From Octopus vulgaris (taxonomy: Eukaryota): 64,000 nucleotides of DNA. Location of the stretch: NCBI GenBank assembly GCA_951406725.2, contig OX597834.1, forward strand, positions 24,552,001 through 24,616,000, written 5' to 3'. Within the stretch, counting starts at the first letter, position 1. Each line of letters begins with the position of its first letter. The position numbers were made by a program, and so were the translations under genes. This document shows positions 55,470-64,000 of this stretch, piece after piece. The notes below the pieces were generated by a model. The model saw only the letters and a list, made by a program, of their open reading frames with translations, had not been told where the DNA came from and did no database searches.

Positions 55470-55853
55470 TCACTACAACTACCAACACCATCACCACCAC
55501 CACATCAACCACCACCACCTCCACCACCAGCACCACCAGCACCACCAGCACCACCAGCACCACCACCAGAACCAACCACCACCACCACCACCACCACCAC
55601 CAGCACCACCACCACCACCACCAGCACCACCACCAGCACCACCACCAGCACCAGCACCACCACAACAACCACCACCACCAGCACCAGCACCACCTCCACC
55701 TCAACCACCACCTCCACCTCAACCACCACCTCCACTACCAGCACCACCAGCACCACCACCAGCACCACCACCACCAGCACCAGCACCACCACCAGCACCA
55801 CCACCACCACCACCACAACATCCAGCACCACCAGCACCACCACCAGCACCACA

Positions 55854-55884
<31 letters not shown>

Positions 55885-55992
55885 CCACCACCACCACCAC
55901 AACCAGCACCACCTCCACCACCACCACCACCACCTCCCCCTCAACCACCACCTCCACCACCACCACCACCACCACCACCACCACCACCACCA
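55470..55992. repeat. (CCA)n/(CCAGCA)n imperfect array
   Basis: Trinucleotide repeat that is open in several frames on both strands. Confidence 0.9.
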
Positions 55993-56272
55993 GGTAATCA
56001 CAAACCAGTTGGTGTGATGTTGTGAAGTAAAGAATTACCAGTGATCTGTTTATTAAAGGTGTTGGAATGTTTAGTGTTCCAGATTCAGTCTTGTCTGCTC
56101 GTCACCCCATACCGTCACCACTTCGTGCCTTCATTCCCTCATTCCCTCATTCCCTTATAGCTTCATACTTTTTATCCCCTCGTTCCATTCCAGCATCTAT
56201 TTCCCTTCTGTGGCCTACGGGCACAGAATACGGAAATAAAATTCTTTCTCTCTCTCCCTCTCACTCGCTCTG

Positions 56273-56373
<101 letters not shown>

Positions 56374-56461
56374 CACATGCACCGCGGACACACACATATA
56401 GAGGCACGAAACTGCAAACGCAAAAATGTGTAAATACATACATAATACATACATACATATA

Positions 56462-56623
<162 letters not shown>

Positions 56624-56655
56624 ATATATATATACATTCATCCATCCATCAATCC

Positions 56656-56686
<31 letters not shown>

Positions 56687-56697
56687 CATACATAAAC

Positions 56698-56754
<57 letters not shown>

Positions 56755-56968
56755 TAATTGCATACGCACGTGCTTTCCTTCAGCCTTTCTATCTCACTCT
56801 CTCACAGCTCATTTCTTCCTCACCTTCTCTCTCCACTTCCTCCTCTAATTCTCCTCTACACCTCTTACTCTCCCTCACACAGCCTTCTCTCTTTTTTTAG
56901 GAGAGACAGAGCCTCTCCTGAACATATACGCGCGCACACACAATACAAACGCTCATGCATACATATAT

Positions 56969-57004
<36 letters not shown>

Positions 57005-57185
57005 AAACACACACACACTAAAAGTTTCTCTTATCGATACTGACTACATTTTACCGACGATATTTTTGTGGGCATTGATGTAATTGTTTCTCTTGTTGTT
57101 GCTGTGGTTGTTGATTATTCAAGAATATGTTCTTGCTTCTTCAACATTCTCTTGGAGCATGTCACACACCTAACCTGTGTTATAT

Positions 57186-57220
<35 letters not shown>

Positions 57221-57267
57221 TAATTTATTGTACACTGTATGTAGTTATGAGCTACTAATAATTTCAT

Positions 57268-57555
57268 ATCCATCCATCGTGACCGACCAGGCTATCAGAT
57301 GTTGCTACACATCGCTGGTCACAATGCGCTTCGCATTGTTTTAGCCTTCAAATGACTAAGCGAGCAGGCCAACAGAAGAAAGAGTGAGAGAAAGTTGTGG
57401 CGAAAGAGTACAGCAGGGATCGCCACCACCTCTTGCCGGAGCCTCGTGGAGCTTTAGGTGTTTTCGCTCAATAAACACTCACAACGCCCGCTCTGAGAGT
57501 CGAAACCGCGATCCTACGACCGCGAATCCGCTGCCCCAACCACTGGGCGATTGCA
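57268..57555 (-). mobile_element. SINE family C head and centre with an alternative 3' tail
   Basis: 5' part matches 48848-49030; the tail gaaggctaaaacaatgcg...ctggtcggtcacgatgg differs. Confidence 0.9.
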
Positions 57556-57785
57556 CCATTACAATTTCATATATTGAGGATATTATTTAGGTATGTTTTA
57601 AAACACGCCTAATGTCTTCAAGTAATCCAGAGGCTCTGGGCGCACGACCTATACAAGTTAATAATCAGGATGATTTATAACTTGTATAAGCTATGCGCTC
57701 AGAGCCCGAGGATTGCTAGAAGACACTGGGTGTATTATTAAAACCTGTCTAGATAGTATCTCCAGTGTAGATATTTATAAATGGT
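57555..57785. mobile_element. Fold-back/MITE-like imperfect palindrome, approx. 105-bp arms
   Basis: Innermost tatacaagtta/taacttgtata and ggctctgggcgca/tgcgctcagagcc; complementarity extends to both ends. Confidence 0.8.
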
Positions 57786-57879
57786 TCATAACTATATATT
57801 ATGTGCGTTAAACGATATTTATCTCTTATCGGATGGAGTACTTTATTTGTTGATCTTACCTTAACGGTAAAGCAAACTG

Positions 57880-57980
<101 letters not shown>

Positions 57981-57983
57981 GTG

Positions 57984-58040
<57 letters not shown>

Positions 58041-58047
58041 TACTTTC

Positions 58048-58095
<48 letters not shown>

Positions 58096-58407
58096 ATATC
58101 TACACGAGCGCGTGCGCAAACACACACACACAATCTCTCTATCTCTCTCTCTTTCACACACATACAATCATATATTTGACTGGATCACTAATATATTGGC
58201 TAGCGCAGATCACATGGCTCACTCTTTAACAGTCAAATTCCGAACTGGAAGGTTTTTCCTCTCATGCACAAGATGCAATCAAAAGGATTTGTTGCGGTTG
58301 ATACAGTTGACAACGATTCTCGTCCTCGCACTACTCTGTCCTCGTCAATTTGTAACGACTTATCAATGACAGCAATAAAAGATAAAAGAAATATAATATA
58401 TATTTAA

Positions 58408-58620
58408 TATTGATTTCAAATTTTAACACAAGGTAAGCAATTTTGGAGGAAAGGGCAAGTAGATATCATCGATCCCCAGTATTCAACTGGTTCTTATCTT
58501 ATCGACCCCGAAAGGATGAAAGGCAAAGTCGATCTCGGCGGAATTAGAACCCAGAACGGAAGACAAACGAAATGCCTAAGCATTTCACCCGGCGTGCTAA
58601 CGATTCTGCCAGCTCGTCGC
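58408..58620 (-). mobile_element. SINE family B
   Basis: Full head, core and tail. Confidence 0.9.
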
Positions 58621-58651
58621 GTTATATCTATTTATTATTAATATATGTCAT

Positions 58652-58840
58652 AAGGCGGAGACCTGGCGGAATCGTTAGCACACCGGGCATTCGTTCTGGG
58701 TTCTAATTCCGCCGAGGTCGACTTTGCCTTTCATCCTTTCGGGGTCGATAAAATAAGTACCGGTTGAGTGCTGGGAGTCGATGATACCCACGTATACTTC
58801 CTCCACCAGATTTCTGGCCTTATACCAAAATTTGAAAGCA
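58652..58840 (+). mobile_element. SINE family B, head-to-head with 58408-58620
   Basis: ggcggagacctggcggaatcgttagc...gcctttcatcctttcggggtcgataaaataagtacc. Confidence 0.9.
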
Positions 58841-58884
58841 ATATTAATTTATAATATAATATAAGCACAATATGGAGTATTTAT

Positions 58885-59272
58885 CTTTTACATTTTTCAG
58901 TTACTAGAATGCGACCATGCTGGGGCACCGACCGCCTTGAAGAATTTTAGTCGAACAAATCGATCCCAGTACTTACTATTTTTGTAAAGCCTGGTACTTA
59001 TTCTATCGGGCTCTTTTTCCGAACCGTTAAGTCAGGGGGACGTAAATACACCGACACCGGTTGTCAAGCGGTGAGGGGCAACAAACACAGACACAAAACC
59101 TCACACACATACGGCAGGCTTCTTTCAGTTTCCGTGTACCCAAATCCACTCAAAAGGCTTTGGTCGACCCGAGGCTATAGTAAAAAGCACTTGTCTAAGG
59201 TGTCACGCAGTGGGACTGAACCCGGAAGCATGTCGTTGGGAAGCAAACTTCTTACGACATAGCCACGCCTGC
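58885..59272 (-). mobile_element. SINE family A
   Basis: Reverse complement of the family A sequence. Confidence 0.88.
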
Positions 59273-59817
59273 GTTTATTTGTTTATTTATTTTTCTTCTT
59301 CATTGATGTTAATTTAAGTCTTTCAAATAGTCAGAACGCAAAGTCTTTGACATTAGTATGACTCCTGCTGGGAAAAGAACAGACACAACAAAATACCGGA
59401 ATCTATTTGGTCCAATGTTATAAACCACGTGATTCGTGTAGGCTTTTGAAGACAAAAGAAACTTCTTGCGAAAATTTTAAAAAAGAATATTAATTCTTAA
59501 GAAAGAGAAAAAAAAAACAGCAAAAACAATATATATTTAAACAAACAAGAAAGCTTATTAACTTTTAAAATCGTCTGTGAATATTTTCAATGTAACTGTC
59601 TGTGACGAAATGGCATCGTAAATAAATACATTTGGTTAAAATATAAATATATGAATACTAAAAACAAAAAAAAACGAAATGAAAAAAGAAATTAGGAAAT
59701 AGAGACAGAAAAAAAGCCAAAATAACAATTTGAACATTTGATATCCATTATGAAATAAATAAATAGATACATAGATAAATAACAAATAAATAACAATGGT
59801 GAACCACATCTCCAGAA

Positions 59818-59868
59818 AACAACACACATACACACACGTATACGTTGTATATGTACATGTATGTGCTC

Positions 59869-59918
<50 letters not shown>

Positions 59919-59968
59919 GAGCACATGCATGTACATATACAACGTATACGTGTGTGTATGTGTGTTGT

Positions 59969-59969
<1 letters not shown>
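59818..59969. repeat. Near-perfect 152-bp palindrome centred on (TA)n
   Basis: Arms of about 55 bp with one mismatch. Confidence 0.95.
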
Positions 59970-60037
<68 letters not shown>

Positions 60038-60051
60038 ATACATTATTTACA

Positions 60052-60999
60052 CAGGGTGTTCGTGCTTAATTTGACGATTTTCCATGTCTCTTTTTTAGGA
60101 ATAGCTTGATGTATTGGTTAACAGTCAACGGCGTTGGTGAGCAAGAAGATTAAAGTTGTAGTGAAGAATAAGCTAGCTGACACGGAAGACTGGAAGTCAT
60201 CCGAATATTGAAAAAGATTTACCCGTATCATAATTCGCACTGGGTATTAAAAGGCTGACATCATGATTGTAACTCAATGCTCTGTGAATACTGTAAAGGC
60301 TGTAAGATATGACATGGATAGGTGCAAAGGAGCCTGCGAAACCGTGGCTAGCAAGAAGGGAGACACTAGGTGTTCTGACCGCTTCTGCATGCCAGAATTC
60401 ATCCCCACCTATTTGAACAGGCTCAAATCAGGCTCAAAACCTAGGCTCAAATCAGACGTGGTTATGCAAAGCTGCTGGAGACTGTGGAAAGGACTACTGC
60501 TGGAGACTGGAAAGGACAATCTCTGGCTGGAAAGGACTACTGCTAGAAGGCTGTAAGTGTGGTAGTAGGATTCGGCTCCTTGCTATACCCCAGGAAAGAG
60601 TCAGAAGTGATTGACAGAGAATTTCTGCGTATTCTCTTTCTCCAGTTTTTGGCCACGTAATTCTTCCGACTGTAATCCCATGGATTACTATGTGTGGGGC
60701 ACGGGTGTAAAAGATACTAACTGCTCTCCCTGTCACATCAAGGCCAGGCTGGTAGCCAAGATAAAGATGGTGTTCGAAGATCTTCCCGGAGACACAGTGA
60801 GGAACACACGAGCTTGTTTCTGAAGCCGCCTTGAAGCCGTGGTGGAAGTTGAAGGCGGGTACTTTAAATAAACTGCTATCTCCTAGCCATAATCTACTTG
60901 ACACTTTTAAACTTTTTTTGAAATGTTTTTGTTTTGTGATGGGACATTTTGTTGTCTTTTCCTTTTATGCAAACTGCCAAATTCATCCCGCCCATCCAG
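60052..60999 (+). mobile_element. Tc1/mariner superfamily DD37D (maT/mori-type) deletion derivative
   Basis: DSAPC...WPRNSSDCNPMDYYVWG with 37 codons between the second and third D; C-terminus RLEAVVEVEGGYF; degenerate TIRs cagggtg..aatttgac / gccaaatt..catccag followed by TA. Confidence 0.88.
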
Positions 61000-61784
61000 T
61001 ACACACACATACGCATATATGTATGTATTTAAGTGACATATGGATTGAAGTAATCCGGTAATACTCATAACTAAAAGCTCCTTAACCTATCATTCTACAA
61101 AATATAGGACGATACAAAAGGAAAAGATACGGAGTGGATAAAGTCATCAATGACAGAGAAATAGCTTATTGAAATTTTATTTAACAATAAGAAAATTCTA
61201 ATATCACGACAAAGGGTTTCATAAATTAAAAACATGTAAATAATTGATATTGTTGTATCTAATAATCAATAAATAATTTACATACCTGAATTAAAGCAAA
61301 ATGCAAAAAATCCAGCAAAATAATGCAGACGTGTAAATTTATTTATTTATTTATTAAATACAATAATATAAATTATTTACATGTTTTAAAGTTACGAAAC
61401 AATTTGTTGTGATAATAGAATTGTCATATTGCTAATAAAATTTCATCAAACTATTTCTGTCATCTATGACTTTATATATATATATGTGTATGTGTATGTG
61501 TGTGTGTGTGTGTGTGAGTGTGAGTGTGTGTGTGTTTGGGCGTGAGTGTACACACACATAGATATGCATGTTTCACATATATAAACATCCTCATACATAC
61601 TGCGTTTATACTGACGCGCACATACATATATAACATACATATTTATGCACGTATACATATGTATACACAAATATGTATATGTGAGTGTGCATGCTTATGA
61701 AAGTACGTATGTATATTTGTGTGTGTATGTGTGTTTGTGTAGCTTGTATATGAAATCTACTACTACTACTACTACTACTACTAC

Positions 61785-61854
<70 letters not shown>

Positions 61855-61855
61855 T

Positions 61856-62291
<436 letters not shown>

Positions 62292-62374
62292 TATCTTTGT
62301 GAAGTGTTACGTCAATCCTTTTAAAATACAATGATAATCATAATAATAATAACAATAATAATAATAATAATAAG

Positions 62375-62800
62375 TACTCCTGCCTACTGGTGATGCCTAC
62401 ATCATCCCGAATCAGTCGTTGAAGATAAAAATGTCACTCCTCTGGGATTTTACAGTCAACACGGACAAAACGATCCAGTCTAATCGACCGGACATAGTCG
62501 TTAAAAACAGAGAAGAAAATACTTGTAGACTAATAGATGTAAGTGTTCCTACTGATAAAAATATATCTATCAATGAATTTGACAAAGTAAGTAAATAGAA
62601 TGTTCTGGAAATTAAAATATAAAAGATGTGGCATCTTAAAGCGAGAACTGTTTATGTTATTGTGGTTGTCCTAGGTATGATAAGAAAGGGATGTCAGAAA
62701 CATGTAGATAACATCCCAGGAGAACCATGTCTCAGAGAAATCCAAAAGATTGTGCTGACAAGTACTGCCAATATCCTTAGTAAAACACTATCAATCTAAA
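62375..62800 (+). pseudogene. R4/Dong-like restriction-like endonuclease domain fragment
   Basis: LWDFTVNTDKTIQSNRPDIVV..LIDVSVPTD..KMW..LGMI..EIQKIVLTSTANILSKTLSI*; preceded by (TAA)n. Confidence 0.88.
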
Positions 62801-62811
62801 TGTATGTGTTG

Positions 62812-63110
62812 TTGTTGTTGTTTGTTCCTTCTGGAGCCATGCTGGCTCGTAAGGGCCGGTTTCCAGGTTTCATTGGTGTATAGGTTCCCCACCTGGACGA
62901 GACGCCGGTCCGTCCAGGTGAGCTGCTAGCTGCAGGGGGGAAAGAGTGAGAAAGCTGTGGCGAAAGAGTCAGCAGAAGTTCGCCGTTACCTTCTGCCGGA
63001 GCCGATGTTTGTGTTTTGCTCATAAACACACACACCGCCCGGTTTGAGATTCGAACCCGTGATTCCTCGACCGCGGGTCCACTGTTCTAACCCCTAGTCC
63101 ATGTGCCTCC
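62812..63110 (-). mobile_element. SINE related to family C with a third type of 3' tail ending in (CAA)n
   Basis: tRNA-like head, ggctccggcagaaggtaacggcgaacttctgctg centre, and a tail containing the cacctggacg/cgtccaggtg hairpin. Confidence 0.85.
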
Positions 63111-63730
63111 ATATGTGTTGTATTACATGAATATACTTTGCTACTGCCTCTGCACTTTCCCTCCCCAACCTTTCAATCATACTGCATCATCTCTTATCGG
63201 TTAATTCGTACAAGTGCAATCTGTAAGTGGATCAGTAAAAATATGCAAAGCTTTTCTCAAGTTACAAAAGTGGATTTTTCTGTGTTAAATACATCTCAAA
63301 GATGGAACCTTGTATCTTTGTTGGAAACCGGCTCCCTCCTCAATGGAAGATTTATGATAATTAAAACATAGAACAGACATACTTAAGTATGTGTGTGTAA
63401 ATATATGTATGTGTAAAGTTTTACCGTACGGCTCATATATATTGCACACACATACAAATTATATGGACTCAGTCATGCACACTTCCCTGCCCACTTTTGC
63501 CATTTTAGATAGAGTGAACCAGTCATTGGTCCGCTGGAAACCTGCAACCGACGACGCTATTCTTCACAAAACGCAACCCAAAACAAGATCAACAATAACG
63601 TAAATAACAACAACAATGCCAACTGATCTGCTACGATCCACTGTTGATACATAACCTACTCTGATAAGCTTTTGCTTATCTTATCTTTTCTGATTTGCTC
63701 TTGATAATTGCTTCTAAGTGTCTCGAATTG

Positions 63731-63847
<117 letters not shown>

Positions 63848-64000
63848 CATATATATATAAGCCTTCCACATTGCAGTGTACACCGCCATAATGCGTATTT
63901 GTGCAGTGTGTATAAACAACATTGCTTCCATAAATACAATTTCTAAATATATCACACACATACATGCATACAGACATGCACACACACACATACACGTGCA

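Noticed and set aside
55420-56025. His/Pro-rich ORF resembling a formin FH1 or extensin exon, followed by cag|gtaatc
   Set aside because: A (CCA)n array open in multiple frames on both strands, with no acceptor or flanking domain sequence.
63480-63603. Unique segment with acceptor-like sites on both strands
   Set aside because: Neither strand gives a convincing acceptor-donor pair or a recognisable peptide.

Overview
AT-rich, repeat-saturated eukaryotic intronic or intergenic DNA. The SINE families, the (TA)n/(CA)n/(TATG)n/(TCTA)n/(TAA)n density and the LINE content suggest a coleoid cephalopod (octopus-like); this is inferred, not verified. Nearly all ORFs in the track are microsatellite artefacts. 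Real coding remnants are all transposon-derived: two Tx1/L1-like LINEs, several R4/Dong-like RLE LINE fragments, an RTE 3' fragment with three C2H2 fingers, a Helitron Rep fragment and a DD37D (maT) Tc1/mariner derivative. There are more than 20 tRNA-derived SINE copies, hAT-type MITEs and several fold-back elements. One plausible host exon lies at 16551-16649 (-). The most interesting signals are at the RNA level. (i) Hammerhead-ribozyme-like cores sit in short Penelope-type repeats: intact cores at 38771-38863 and 12004-12104, a CUGUUGA variant family in three copies, and two decayed cores. (ii) A densely structured, probably RTE-derived 5' leader at 251-600 has a three-way junction and a G.U-rich pseudoknot. 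(iii) Retroelement families appear to partition among microsatellite types. All structures were folded by eye, family names come from recalled motifs rather than database searches, and element boundaries are approximate.
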